Source: Camelus dromedarius
Taxonomy: Eukaryota
Assembly (NCBI RefSeq): GCF_036321535.1
Contig: NC_087437.1
Coordinates: forward strand, 28,832,001-28,896,000
DNA: 64,000 bases
Reading direction: 5' to 3'
Notes under the pieces: generated by a model
What the model saw: the letters and a program-made list of their open reading frames with translations, nothing else
The model's database searches: none
What the model was told of the DNA's origin: nothing
Translations under genes and position numbers: made by a program
Shown here: in pieces, positions 13,621 to 27,110 of the stretch
How the letters are laid out: the number at the start of each line of letters is the position of its first letter
Numbering within the stretch: position 1 is the first letter of the stretch

Positions 13621-14119
13621 TGTGTGGCAGGTTGAATAATGGCCCTCAAAGATACCCAGGTCCAAATCCTTGGAACCTGTGAATGCTATTTTATGCGGCA
13701 AAAATTTTGCAGACATGACTAAATTAAGGGTATTGAGCTTAGACAATTATCCTACATTATACGGATGAACCTAAATGTAATGGTAAACGTCATTGTAAGA
13801 GGGAGGCAGAGAGAGATTTGATTACAGAAGAAGAAGGTAATGTGACCACTAAAGCACGATGCTCGGCTGCTGGCTTTGAAGGTAGAGGAAGGGGCCAGAG
13901 CCAAGGAATGCAGCTCTAGAAGCTGGAAAATGCTCATAAATGGATCCCCCCAACCCCGAGAGCCTCCAGAGGGAGCATGGGTCTCCTCATACCTTGATTT
14001 TTGGCCCAGTAAAACTGACGTTGGATTTCTGCCCTCCAGAACTGTATGAGAATAAATGTGTTATTTTAATCCACCAAGTTTGTGGCAATTTTTTAGGGTA
14101 GCCGTAAGAAACGAATACA
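13621..14119 (+). mobile_element. MaLR solo LTR (MLT1D-like)
   Basis: TG...CA termini (tgtggcaggttgaataatggccc ... gaaacgaataca). Internal gccaaggaatgcagctctagaagctggaaaa and ccagaactgtatgagaataaatgtgtt. Flanks gattg/gatgg fit a 5-bp TSD with 1 mismatch. Confidence 0.9.
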
Positions 14120-17100
14120 GATGGGGTTCAGAAGGGAAACGAGTGATTTAGTTCTAAGCTAATCAATACGTACCAGTCTCCTATCCCGAACAGTGGATAG
14201 TTTAGTAATGGTTTACATTACTCCATCAGAAGTGAAAGTAAGCACTCTCCAGGAATGCTGAGAAGAGACAGGAGAATTCTCCCTCCTGCCAGACTGACTC
14301 TCAGGGGATATGAGATCTGGGAAACCTGCAAAAGTACGAAGGCAAATGGAGACCTAGATGTTAGGCAGAAAAGAGAGCGAAAGAGAGGAAAGAAAGCACG
14401 GGGAAGAACAAAGGAGGAGAGGCCAGGAGAAAAAGAGAGGGGGCCAGCCCTTCTCTAAGCTCAGTTAAGTGAGCATTATCAGCTCCTTGTCCAAAGCCAG
14501 TTTGGGCTGAATTTTCTGCCATTTGCAAGTGAAAGTCCACTTTTGAACACATCTCTTAGGTTTGAGGTTTTGTTTTGTTTTGTTTTTTTTTAATGACAAA
14601 GGTCAGTACAATTTTATGACTGGTAATGTGTGTCCTTCACTCTGTAAACATAACTAGAGGCCACGTCAACAAGCACACCTTATGTATTTAAGATTATAAG
14701 CAATAAATATTAGCACCGGCCAAATAATCATTAAGGAGAGAGCTGAGGAGACAAAGCCTAAGGGGTGGGATTAATTCACTTGGCAGAATTTCAGCCCTAT
14801 TTAGTTAGGGATTCTTTTGCCAGATTCTACTATGGATTTCTCATACCTAAAGTATCCAGACACATTATTCAGTCCCCAGTGATTTTTTTCTTATGAATAA
14901 AATACTGCTTTAACTAGCCTCGAATTGTTCTGATATGAAATACGTGTTCAGGAATTTCTTTTGGTACTATTTAGTTTATCCAATCCCAGAGTAAATAAAG
15001 ATTATCTTTTGTTTTCCTCCACTTATCACCAGCATGGAGCATTTTTCTTCCATGAAAAGAACGATTATTTTAAAAATTAAAAGCCCATCGATTGATGTTA
15101 GGCTTTGGAGACTACAAAGTTCCTATGGTGAAGTACATTACTGGATGTGAAAGTACTGCAAATGTTCCACATTAGTTCAGAGACAGGAAAGACCATCTAC
15201 AGACTGTGCCTGCGGTTTCTGTAGGATATAGTCTGGTTAGAGATTAACTTTTTCTTCTCTCCAAGAGGTGACTGTTCTAAGTAGGAACAGTGAGGACGGA
15301 ATGGTAGAAATGTCCAAGATGTTAAAATATTTTTCTTAAAAATTTGCTTGACAATATGAATATTACATAAACCAATCACTCATGGACATCTCTTAACTTT
15401 ACCAGATCATTTGATTTTCAGATGTACTGCCTGCTTTGCAGAACACGTGCAATAACTAGTATTGGTAAATGGCAACACCTATTCCTCCCTGAAAAAGTAC
15501 AAAACATTTTTTTGTTCTAAGTCTTCCATTTACTGAGGCCTTTCTTTATTAGTTAAAAAGTTTGCAATGTGGCAATCTATTTTTTTCAGTCAAAATATAC
15601 CTAACTGAGAAATGACCTGATACTGTACAGATGGACATTTAATGACTGGTGACTACTTGGATCTATCAGATGAAGAAAGGGTGGAGGTTGGGGAGTGCAA
15701 ACCTATGGCAAAGTAACAATTCACACTCAGAGGTAGCAGGTAATATTAGATTGATTCCATTTTCCTTGTAAAGGTAGGAGAGTATATTTACAGTAGCACA
15801 ATCACTTTGGCAGGAAAGATAGACCCAATGTAGTTAGGAATTACCTATCAACTCAGAACTTTTTTATATTCTTAAAAAATTAAACTTAGCCATGCTGAAG
15901 TGCCTTGCTCTCTCTCATTAACTGATAGAGATAGATCACAATGCTTTTATTAAACACAGAGAAATAATATCCTGTTTCCCATACCTACTTAAAAGTGACC
16001 ACCAGATTATCAAATATCTGAGATATAATTTCTCAGCTTTATTCCCAGGTGGTTTCTTGAGAACATTAACCTGCCAGTTCCTAGACATGTCTTCTATGTT
16101 TTGTGATTGAGAATTTTTTCACTTGGGATTTGTAAGTGCAATTTCAGTATTCTTTTTTGCTCTGATAAAAGTTTCTATTATAAATGCAATTTTCAAATGA
16201 TAAATGGAGAATCCCCAAACCACCAAAGAAATATTCATAAAGACATAATTTATAAAACTTAATCCCCACTTCAGCCAAATACAACGAAGTACAAAACTCT
16301 TTATGTATTGAAGAGTAAAATCAATATAGTATGTGATTAAAATAGCAGTCAATCATATACTAATGACATGTATTTTGCAGTTAGACACAATCTTAAAAAA
16401 CGTTTATGTACAATTGACAAAATCAGCAAAAGGAAAATGTTTCCTAATAACAAAATTGACTCCTTAAGAAACATCAAACTGAGACTACTAATTTAGATCT
16501 TTCATAGCTAAATTAATTCAAAATCTTATTTTGCTAATTTGCTTTTATGCAATCTGAGAAAATTAAAATAGGTAAATCATTTCTCAAAAGAAACTGTCCG
16601 AGTATTGTTTCTTACTTGTGTTCTGGGTTAGACACATATCCATTACAGTTCCTTGCACAGTTTCTATTTATATAACCAAGTTGACATCCATAATGACTGA
16701 CCCTGAATCACTATTGAGTATTGAATCATCAGAAATAAAATTACTTGTTCTACATAGCGTACTAATTTTGCTTTTAAAAAAAAATCATCTATCTTTGGGT
16801 GGATGATACAATAAATGTGTTGTTACTATCAAAAAGAAAAAAGTCACCAAAGGCTTCAATTTTTAAAATGCAACCTATACTTTTCCTTTGATTATACTTG
16901 CTTTAACTGTTTGCTTGTTTGTTTTATTTTGTTTTTTTGCCAAAGCTATTCATGCAAGCAGGTACAACAAACTCACTGCTAAAGGATGTGTGGTCAACTC
17001 TACCAAATTTAAATCCTTCTCTCCAGAAAAAGACAGTTTCAACTTTTTAAGCTCTTTCTTTGGGTTTTTATCTCAATATTCAGTGATGTCTATCAGTTTC

Positions 17101-17959
17101 TCCTCTTCTCTCTCACTCCAGGGGTTCCCCAAGGGTGCGGACTATAAAGCAGGGGGCTTCACATCAGACAAAACAACGAAGTGGGACGGGAGAGAGTTTG
17201 AACATTTAAGAAAACAATCCCATGAAAACAAAATCTTTGAATAGTATAGGGAAGTTAAAATGTATATAAACAAGCATTTTATCATTAGCTTTGAATATAA
17301 AATATCAGGTATAAACATACATTATACATGCACGCTTACATATGTGTGCCTGTATCTGTATATACTTCAGTCTTTCATTGCATCAGTTTTTCAAGGTTTT
17401 TAAAGGATGAAAAAGTGGAAAAGGCAGAGAGGACAGCGAAAGGAAGAGTAAATGTCATGAAGAAAGACTGATAGGCCAGAATTATCACAGGATACATGGG
17501 GAGTAGAACTATGTTGCTTGACATGAGGATAGAGTTTGGAGAGGAAGACTTGGGGCTGATACAGAGAGCCTTTTTTAAAAATCTCAATTTAACAAAATTG
17601 GGAGAAAATATAACTCCTTTGAGCACAAAAAATATAATGGAAGTCCTATCTTAGGAATAAGAAATAGAATGAAAAATATATTTGCTATATACAGATTCAT
17701 ATTATCTACTTCCTTGCTGTGTTTCAGAAGAAGTAGCCTTTAATAGAATAATAATCCAGATTCCATGTTATTAAGTATTAATATGGTAAACAGTAAAAAC
17801 CAGTACTTAGGGAATGCTTTTATGATAGGTGCTACATAAAGAATACATATTTGACTGAATAGGGAATCTCAAAAACTTAAATAGCTTTTTTTTTTTTTTT
17901 GCAAAGCACAAGATTTTAAAATAACACTTAAAAAATTATGTAGCATTGGTTTTTCCAAA

Positions 17960-18130
17960 TAGCTGAAAGTACCAGTCCATTATCTAATTCTCATAATACC
18001 CCAAAAGATGGGTAGATATAAAAATACTCTGCGTTACAGACAAAGAAACTCTGTATAGGGAGGCTCGATGCCCACTGTCAGGCAGTGGGAGAGCTGAAGC
18101 TAGAATCCAATATTGATTGTACTTCCACAA
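17960..18130 (-). mobile_element. MIR SINE (degenerate)
   Basis: tctaattctcataatacccc...ttacagacaaagaaact...ggagagctgaagctagaatcca. Confidence 0.55.
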
Positions 18131-19814
18131 CTCAGGCGACATTTGTTTACCAAGGGTTTTGAGTTCTAGGTAATATTTGTTTTATCATTCTTGCAATGTC
18201 ATCCAAATTTACATCAAAAATACCTCATCTTATTACTTGTCTCTGTTTAAAAATTTCACAGGAAGAGATGTAAGAGTTATATTCATTTGCTGATTTTGGA
18301 GAAGCATAGTTTAAGGGTTACTGAGAAAGAACAGAGAATTATTAGATAAGTGTTGGCACACTCTCCGCCCTGAGGATAAAAGGGAAACTTCAATAATTTT
18401 CACAGGATTTACACTAACTATGAAGCCCCAATGTCTCTAACTGTTGTAAAGCATAAAAGTAAATAATACAGAGATTCCACTATTGAGAAAGAACATCACA
18501 TTTAAAGCACTGAGTTGCTTACACTAGCTAGAAGAGAAGGCAGTCATTCTATCTTAGGTGTCTTCACGCCCCAAGGGGAATAGACCAGAGAGAACCAATT
18601 TCCGGGTCTCCTAGTGTTCTTAATTGGACACCATTATGGGGAAGCCACTGGAATGACCCTTGCATCTTCAGTACCTCAAACCTAACTGATTCCACTTCCT
18701 CATACTCCGGAATTCAGCAAATGAAGCAGTATTTGTGCTCTGATGTTTATTTTCTGTATGTAATATTTTCTCTTTATATATTCACTGTTACTGATGCCAT
18801 GTAAAAGCTCTCCTTATGTATGCAGTTATTACTCTTCTCCAACCAACAATCTGCACGGCTTTGAAAAGCAATTTCTTGTATTTTCTTTACCCTTCCACTC
18901 TTTCCTCCTCCTTTTTGCTATGATGTGGTTTACCCATCTTTTCTATAATGTGGTTTTGCCCATTTGGCACGTCCTCCTGTTCCTTTCACTCATTTATAGG
19001 CTCCTGCATTTTTGCTCTCCCAGAAGTTTATCCCCATGATTAGGATTTTTGGATCCTTTCTTTTCCTTCCAATAATACCCAACGAATTTATATTTAACTT
19101 GCCTGCTTCTCCCAGCTCCTTGCTGCCATTCCTCCAGTTAATAACCCCAGCCATCTGGCTCCCAAATCTTTTCCTATAGTGCATTCCCTTATTAGGAGGT
19201 ACTTTATCCTTATGTGCTTCTTTTGGAGAACTGCCAGGTTTTCCAATATTGGTTTTAATTAGGAGTTTTGGGGTTTTTAAAAAATGTTCTGCATGGCAGC
19301 TCTGTTTTGCCCTGGTTTTATATCCTGTAACTTCTTAATCGATTTTGTTTTACACATTCAGTATCAAATTCAGAAGCTTATATTTTGTAGATATTGATTT
19401 ACTTTGACATTTCCTTGTATTTAATTCACCTTATATTCCTTTTTAAGTTTAGGGTCTTTTCCTGTGTCTCAATGCCTTTATTGTCCCTTGACTTTCCTGT
19501 TCCTCTCTTTCTTTCCCGTTTCTGTAAAACCTGATTCTTCAGCAGAGCACTATCTTTTTATTATTCCCAAAGATTAAATTAGAAAAAAAGTGTCAAGTGC
19601 TGTAGACTTAACACAGTAAGTGCTCATTAAATATCTGGTATTATTTTTATAACTATCTTAGCGATGGCTGTGAATAACCACTCCACCCTGAATCACTTGG
19701 CTTAGCTCACTCGATTTTCCAAAATAACTATTTATAATGTCTCATTATGTTCACTGTCCTGTTTCCAATTTCTCATTTATCTTTGGATCTTCCTTATATT
19801 TTCCATGTAAATGC

Positions 19815-19843
<29 letters not shown>
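19815..19843. repeat. Poly(T) run of ~29 nt
   Basis: Directly visible. Confidence 0.95.
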
Positions 19844-19846
<3 letters not shown>

Positions 19847-22800
19847 CATCTTTTTGACTTAGTGGCTCTTACAACAACTCCTTGTATAGGTTATTAGTTA
19901 ATTTTAGGTACTTCTTCCTTGTGTTTTTATTGTCTTTATCATTTCATCTTTGTCCTTTTAATAAATTCAGAGTAAATATCTGTTTCATTTTTGTACCTTA
20001 AATGCATTTATGTTTGATATTTTTTCATTTCATTTACATTTCTTTTAGAACTACCTTAAAATGCTATATATCCATGCCATCTGCCATGCTGATTCTTTTT
20101 TATCTGAAAACTTCTGACCAGGGAATGTTGGGTTATAAAGTTTTTGCAGTAACTTAAAGGGTAAGAGTTTTATCTTCGTTATTGGAAAGAAAATTATGGT
20201 TTACTCAATTCAAAGTCTTGATCTAAACTTAATTGATGCATCATGATTTCTCTAAAGGAAACCAGGCTCCCTTTGCCCCTTTATGGGACATCCCTGTATT
20301 TTATGTATCAAGCCCTCCGTTATTCTGTCAGTCTTTCCTGCTTAGTAGCATCAGAAAACTATTTATCTAATTTTTTTTCTTTATCCTTTCAACAGGTAGT
20401 ATCCTGTCACCATTAAGAAAAAAGAAAGAAATGGTAAGATATGGATATACACATATACATATATCCTGGCAGGAAGGCAGGACACAACCATGAAGGACCC
20501 TGGTTTAAAACTAAGTATAAATACATATTCACATGAATATATTTAAAAGGAAAAATCTCTGGATGAGTAGACATTAATATTGTTTGTGCCAGGGTATAGA
20601 ATTTTCCATCTGTTTTTCTGTGTGTGAGTGCATGTATATATATTTATATGTGACTTACCTGCAGTCCCTTTTCTTCTCACAATAATCCTGTTCTTGAGTA
20701 ATTAGTTGAGTAATTTTCGTTAGAAATATAGGTGAGTCATTTTATTTCATCATATTTGCTGTTCCAATAAGCCAGCCATAAAGGAGACGAGTCAGCTCAG
20801 GCAGTCTGCTGGAGGAATTCGGCTGAGGGCATTAACCTAGAAAGTTTCGTCTCTAAAAATGCCATCACGTCTTCGCTTCTTGAATGTTGAAGTCTGATTA
20901 TTATTAAATTCTTTCTTTCTTCAGTGCTGACACCTTGGCATTAGCCATATATTTTTTCAATCACATTTTAAATTATCCACCTGATAATCAACAGTCTTTC
21001 TTTAACTTCCCTGTCTGAAGAGGCACAAGTCCTCCTTCCTTCATTTTCAGTCCTGCTCCTCTTTATAATACACACATTCTCACACACATTTATGTGTGTG
21101 TTTATGTGTACACACACACATGTGCTTTTCATTTCAGAGTATTATATAATCAATCTTCTGAGGCTTAACATTTTTCTCACTATAGATCATAACTTTAAGT
21201 TCTGCATTATCTAGACTGGTAGGAAGTTTATAAAATGTTAAAGGTTTCTTTGATGACCAACTTTTACCACTGACTCCTTGCTCCCCCTCCCCCTCCTCCT
21301 TCTTTTTTGCCTCTCCTCATTGCCTGAAGATTTATACCTTATTTCTTCCTGTATCTCCTCACATATCACCATAGACCCGATTCCTCATTTTCCAATTTCC
21401 CCATATAACCTTTTTTATACTTAATATATTTAACATTGTATATTTACATCTTTGGGATGTTGTATTCATTTCCTTCAGTGTTTCCCTCCACGAGAAAGAA
21501 GCAGTGGGTTCCCTTCCCTTCCTCATATGAGGAAGTTCCTCTAAGAACTTCTAACTGAACTTTTCAGAGGAGAGTTTGTCTCCTTTCCTCATATCCCAGC
21601 TGATTTACAGACCTCGCTCTTGTTCATCGTACCCACCAGGTCTGTTTCCCTTTGCCTTTTCCATCGTGGCCAGAGTAGTGACTGCTATATTTCCCCTTCT
21701 GCTCTTGAAATGCCCATCCCATGACCTTTCCTTATGGTAGATCCCTGCATCTTTTTCCTGCATTTATGCTGAGCAGATGTTCACAGTTCAGTTCTTTCAT
21801 TTCCCCTTCTGCTGATTATAATATAGCATATAACACTGCGTTATACTGTAACATACACTATGCTCTTGAGTAAATACTATAAAGATGACCTTCATCCCTG
21901 GTACAACTATATAGAAATTTTTCCTTCCCCCTCTTTTTTTTTTTTTTTTTCCACTAATGAAGGCCCTTATCCTCCATTCCTAAACCATTTTTCCTTACTC
22001 ACTGAGCACTAAATTCATGACTTTGTGAAGTCTATCTCTGGCCTGTCCCTGAGGATTCCCATGCTGGTGGTGATCTTTGCCTGTCTCTAAATGAGAAGTA
22101 CTGGATTGGTTGTCAGGCTCAGACCCCCTTGCCACAGCTGCCCTTCACACATACGCTTCCAACCCAAACCCTGACCAGTCTTCCACTTTCACAGAGATGA
22201 TATCTAATCTAACCTCTCATGGTATCTTACCAAAGTAAATTATAACATATCCTACAGCCAAAATTTCATGCCTGAGAAGGAGCAGAGCTGTTAACCATGA
22301 TGGATTAACGTCACACACCACAGTTTTTCCAGGCTTACTTTTCACTTTCTCCTGAGGCATTCATCCTCTCCACCAAATTCGATTTCTCTGCTGCTCTGAG
22401 GCTCACGTCAAACTCCTGATTTCCAGAGACTCAAATGACTGTAAATATGTCCCCTGGGTTCCTCTCAACTGAATTAATAATTAGGGTCCCAGGAGCAATG
22501 ACCATGCCTTGGGCTGGTTTCCACGATGGAAGCAGAACCTCATAATTTATCTTTGATTGAAGGAAGACTTCCATTTTCCTAGCAGGAATGCAAAGATTTT
22601 TTTCTTTCTTCATTTCGTCCTTTCCCCAAATGCCCTCAGAGAAGACAAAATAGATAAGACAACAGGATTTTTCTGCCTTCTGCCTCCTTAGTTCATTCAT
22701 TCCGCTCAGTTTTTCCATCTGTTCTGCAGATCTCCACTTGGGTGCTCTCATCAGTAGCTAGTTCTCACCAACTTCCTTGACAAAGCAGAGGTCCTCAGGG

Positions 22801-22959
22801 CCTGCCCTCACCCATCTTGGAGCACTGTTTTCTCCACCAGCCTCTGAAAGGCCCCAGGCACAATCCTCCGGCCTCGATACTTTAGAGTCTGCCTGTCACA
22901 ATTACATAACTGAAACCCTTGTTCTCCTCTTCTCCCCCCACCACCCACCAATCACATCC

Positions 22960-23520
22960 ATGGCTGTACTGCCTTCTACACCAGAGGTGATAACAATTTC
23001 ACTCCCTGCCCCCATATTCCCTCCTAAGAGAAGTAGCCTAGCCTTCTCTGGTTTATTCTTGGGGTCTGTCACTCAGCCCTGGAGGAAAGCTCTGATCACT
23101 TGGCTCACCCTCTTCACCTCCAGGCCAAAGTGAACTTGACCACATAGGTCCACATCTTTCCCCAGGAAGTTGTTATTGGAAATCATGCTCACACTTGGAG
23201 TTGCTTCATTGAGTCATATCCATGTGGGAAGAGAAAACTGATTAGCAGAGAGAGAGAGAAAGGAAGAGGAGGAAAAAGAGAGGGAGGGAAAGGAGGGAGG
23301 GAAAGAAAAGCAAGTGGTTGACCAGAGAAAGGCAGAGGACAGAAACTCTATGTCTTTGGAGAAGTACAGAGATTAGGCAAAACCCCTGACTTTTAAGTTC
23401 CTATAATCTCTTCCTTGTAAAGCCCAAACTCCTGTACCTTTCCAATAAAGTCACTTTATTTGCCCAACCTGGTATTTATGGATTTGATTTCTTACATTCA
23501 AATGCCCCATTATCAAGATA
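22960..23520 (+). mobile_element. Highly decayed ERVL/MaLR-type LTR with an internal GA-rich tract
   Basis: LTR-like 3' end ccaataaagtcactttatttgccc...gatttcttacattcaaa. Purine tract at 23245-23310. Confidence 0.4.
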
Positions 23521-23569
23521 CACTCATTAAGGTAAAAATAATGAGAGTATTATAAATAATAATGATGAT

Positions 23570-23800
23570 AATAATAGCTACCATTTATTATGCACTTACT
23601 GTGTCCGAGGTACAATCCTAAATACGTTACATACATGATCAGATTCTCACAGCTATCTTTGATACATGAGATATTTGATAAGAACATTGACATGAGACGG
23701 GTTTGGCAGTGTGTCTAGTTACACAGGTGTCAAGTGGGCCTAACTGATCTTTGAACCCAGTTCTGTCCTCTTCAAAACCACGTGCTATGAGCTAATACAC
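23570..23800 (-). mobile_element. MIR SINE
   Basis: aataatagctaccatttattatgcacttactgtgtcc...tttgaacccagttctgtc. Confidence 0.75.
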
Positions 23801-24049
23801 CAAAAAAGCATTCCATAATAATTTTCAATCAACAACAACAACAACAACAACAAAAAAGCATTCCAAACAGTACACAGCACATGTATACCACGGTTCAAGA
23901 TTGCCAAACCCTTAATGTATTTTAGTCATGGGACAGGAGCAGCTACAGTGTCTTCAAATTGGCATAGCAAAGCGATGTCAAGCAGAAGCATATAAAATTT
24001 TGCTACTCAGAGTGTAGTGGTTGGATGAGGAGCCTGGATAAAGGAAACT

Positions 24050-24155
24050 TGTTACAAATGCAAAGTCTTGGGCTCCATCCCATATCTACAACTGTATTTT
24101 AGCAAGAGTCCCCAAGCGATCTGTATGCATAGTCAAGTTTGAGAAACAGTGCTAA
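24050..24155. mobile_element. MER5-like hAT-Charlie MITE fragment
   Basis: aaatgcaaagtcttgggctccatccc...ctgtattttagcaag...aagtttgagaaacagtg. Confidence 0.6.
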
Positions 24156-25759
24156 AACACTCAAAGTAGATGTTGCTGGTGAGCTAAGATAGTGTTTTAC
24201 TTAGGCAGTTATTATAAGTATAACACAGCCTCTAAGATAAATATTCAGCTGCAGTATCAGGTGTCTAGAACTAAAGTTGAAAGATGAAAATCGTAACTAA
24301 TGTAAGGTTCTGAGGTTCTGCTAAACCCTGTCATGGAAAAAAGCTGCTAAGGAGTAACTGATTATTTCTCCATCTGAAACATTACCTATTTGGGTTCTCT
24401 GTCAACTCTGAATAACTGTTTCTATATTGGATTTTACTTTATTCCATTTTATTGTTTTTATCGTTTTTAGAGAACAAGGGGTGGGTCTATTTCACTTTAG
24501 TGTGTTGGCTTCTTGGGGGCTTTCTTTGGCCACCCAGGTCTCCTCCCAGCAGAGTGTCCAAAGGTGGGCTTGCTGTAAGAAAACCCTCTGGGATTAGCCC
24601 ACCCTTCCAGCCTTTCTACAAGAATCTCAAAGTTATAAAAATGGACACAATGCTCATGTTTAAAGTTGGCTCACACTTTGAGTGCCACTGGTGAAAACTT
24701 ACCGACTTTTCAGAAAGCCAAATTCCAAAATCTGAAATGTGAGTGACAATAACTGCTATTAACTTTAATCTTGAAAAATGTGAAACATTCAGGACATAAC
24801 TGAGATCAACATCCCAGGAGTCGGCTGATGGAAGATGAGACTTAACGTGAGGAAAACAGGTATTTCTTTATTTTTACATATGATTTTCTTTTACCTATTT
24901 GGAATTTAGCTTAGGTACTCAAAATATGGATGTACCAGAAGTCAACAAATTGTTTATGGTGGCTACAATAGTGATGACAAATAAAACTCAAATAATGTCA
25001 TATTCTTGTCCTTTGTGCTACCATGGAAACCCTCCATGGGTCCATGACTGTGGTGTAAGATCTTGGATATAGGTAACTGGTTCTAAAGGTATTTTTGCAC
25101 AACCAGGCTTTACAAACATTTATTTCCCTATCTTCTGAAAAAGTTAAGTGTATAAAGAAACTGGAGAAGAATTGGAATGTAATACAGCATTGCCAATCTG
25201 TTATCAGTAAATGTTGTGAAACATGTCTTTGTGAAACCAGAGAGGTCAGATACAAAGAGAGCAAAGGGAATATTTATCAGATAATAATAATTAGAGAAAG
25301 ACTACAAGCTAGGACTGGTGTCTTTGATTCTGGGTTTAACAAAAATTCTTTTAAAAATATTATGAAGTGCCCAAGACTAGGAACGAAGGCTTCATGTGGA
25401 TGATGATAAGGAAAGTAAATATTAAAAAGGGTAATACAAGGAAGCAGTTCACTAGAAGATTCTGAACTTTTAGGAGCAAGAAATCTTCTGAAGGATGAAA
25501 GAAGATTTAGGCAGACTGGGATTTTACAGGTCCTTGTAAATGAAAGAGCACAGATGGAAAACCTAGCTCAATGTCATCTGCCAAGGGGCAGATCCTCTAT
25601 AGAAACACTGCTCTGTGACCACAGGACCACACAGCCTGTGCCATCTCACCACCTCCCAGACCCCTCCCCCCACAGCCATCCAGCTTCAAACCTAAATAAC
25701 TGAACAGCAATGCTCAGTGAGATTTCCTAAATTCTCTGCCCAGTTCTGAGCAAGCACCT

Positions 25760-25885
25760 TGCTTTCTCTTCTCTCCCCCACACACCTGGAATTTCCCCTC
25801 CTGCTTTCCCTCTCCTTCCTCCCTCTCCCTTCCCCTCTGTCTTTCCTCTGCCTCCCTGGTCCTTTCTTCTCCTCTTCCCTCCGCA
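25760..25885. repeat. CT-rich low-complexity polypyrimidine tract
   Basis: ~125 nt made mostly of C and T. Confidence 0.8.
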
Positions 25886-26899
25886 TTCATTCCAACCTTG
25901 GAGCATTCAGGCTGTCTCCTATTCTGTGTCCTCTACCCCTGCTGTGATTGCTAATGAAATAAATTTCAGTAAGTCTCCTGATTGGATCCATGACAAGTGC
26001 ATCATTTATAGGAGCAGCTGGGCCCTCCGCAGCCCAGGACAATCTTTCATCCTTTCTGTGTGCTCCACCTCAGCCCTCTTGCATCTACTTTACCCAGGGT
26101 CATAAGCTGTGAATTCCTTAGGTTCTTTCTCCTCTTTCCTTCTCCTCTATTCTTCTTGGGGAATAGAAGAGTCTCCTCACTTTCTTAAGGTACATCTCAG
26201 AAGTTATCACATCTTAGTTGTTACACTTAGAGGGATCTCTCAAAGGATTCCCTAATCTCCCAAATCAGGGTCTCATCCTCTCTCCCCGCAGAATCCTAAC
26301 GGTTGCCCACCCATTGGCTTTCCCTTCTTTCCCACTGCTACCTGATTTAGGTTTAGCATTTGTAGTATTATGTTTATTTAATCAAATTTCACGTTTCTTT
26401 GTCTCAACTTTAAAGTTGGGGGATTTTACACTTTATGTTTATCAGAAGTTTTTTTTTTTTCTTTTTTTATGTTGTGGCCCTCAATTAGAATTTTTTCAAT
26501 AATCTTTCCTCCCTCAATGAGTGCTGGATTTTCTGTGACTTTAAGAAAGGTGAAAGTAGTCCATTCCTCAAGATGGCTTATTAGAATCTTTGTAAACACA
26601 AGAAGGACAGCCTTTTTATTTCTGAGTCTGAAACTGAACGGATCTGACTTCCCCAGAATTGCCTGTCCTTCTCAAATTATATATAAATTGTTGGTTATTT
26701 TTTAAAAGCCCAAGTAGAGCAGAACATTTGGGAAGCTTCTGAAATACTCTTTGACTCAGTACCTACAAGATCTGGTTTAAAATTTTCTTGATAGAAGGTT
26801 TCTGGGAGTAACACTTTCTATACTCAACCTTTTTTAGTAGTGGCCACTAACAGTTAATTTTCCAATCAATGCCCTGTACTATTGTGTATTTCATCATAT

Positions 26900-27110
26900 A
26901 ATAGTGGTTAAATATACAGCTTTAGGGAGAAATGGCTGACGTTTAAATCCCAATTTCTACTGTGTGACTATGGATGAATTACTTAAACTCTCTGTGCCTT
27001 TGTTTACCCACTTATAAAATAGGGATACAATTGTCAACTATCATAGGATATTTTAAGGATTAAAGGACTCAGTACAGTGCTAAGTATACAGGAAAGGCTT
27101 ATTATTATTG
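26900..27110 (+). mobile_element. MIR SINE
   Basis: tagtggttaa...tttaaatcccaatttctactgtgtgactatggatgaattacttaaactctctgtgcctttgtttaccc. Confidence 0.8.

Noticed and set aside
18700..22000. Long T-rich stretch, possibly ancient antisense L1/HAL1
   Set aside because: Too decayed to assign family or boundaries by eye
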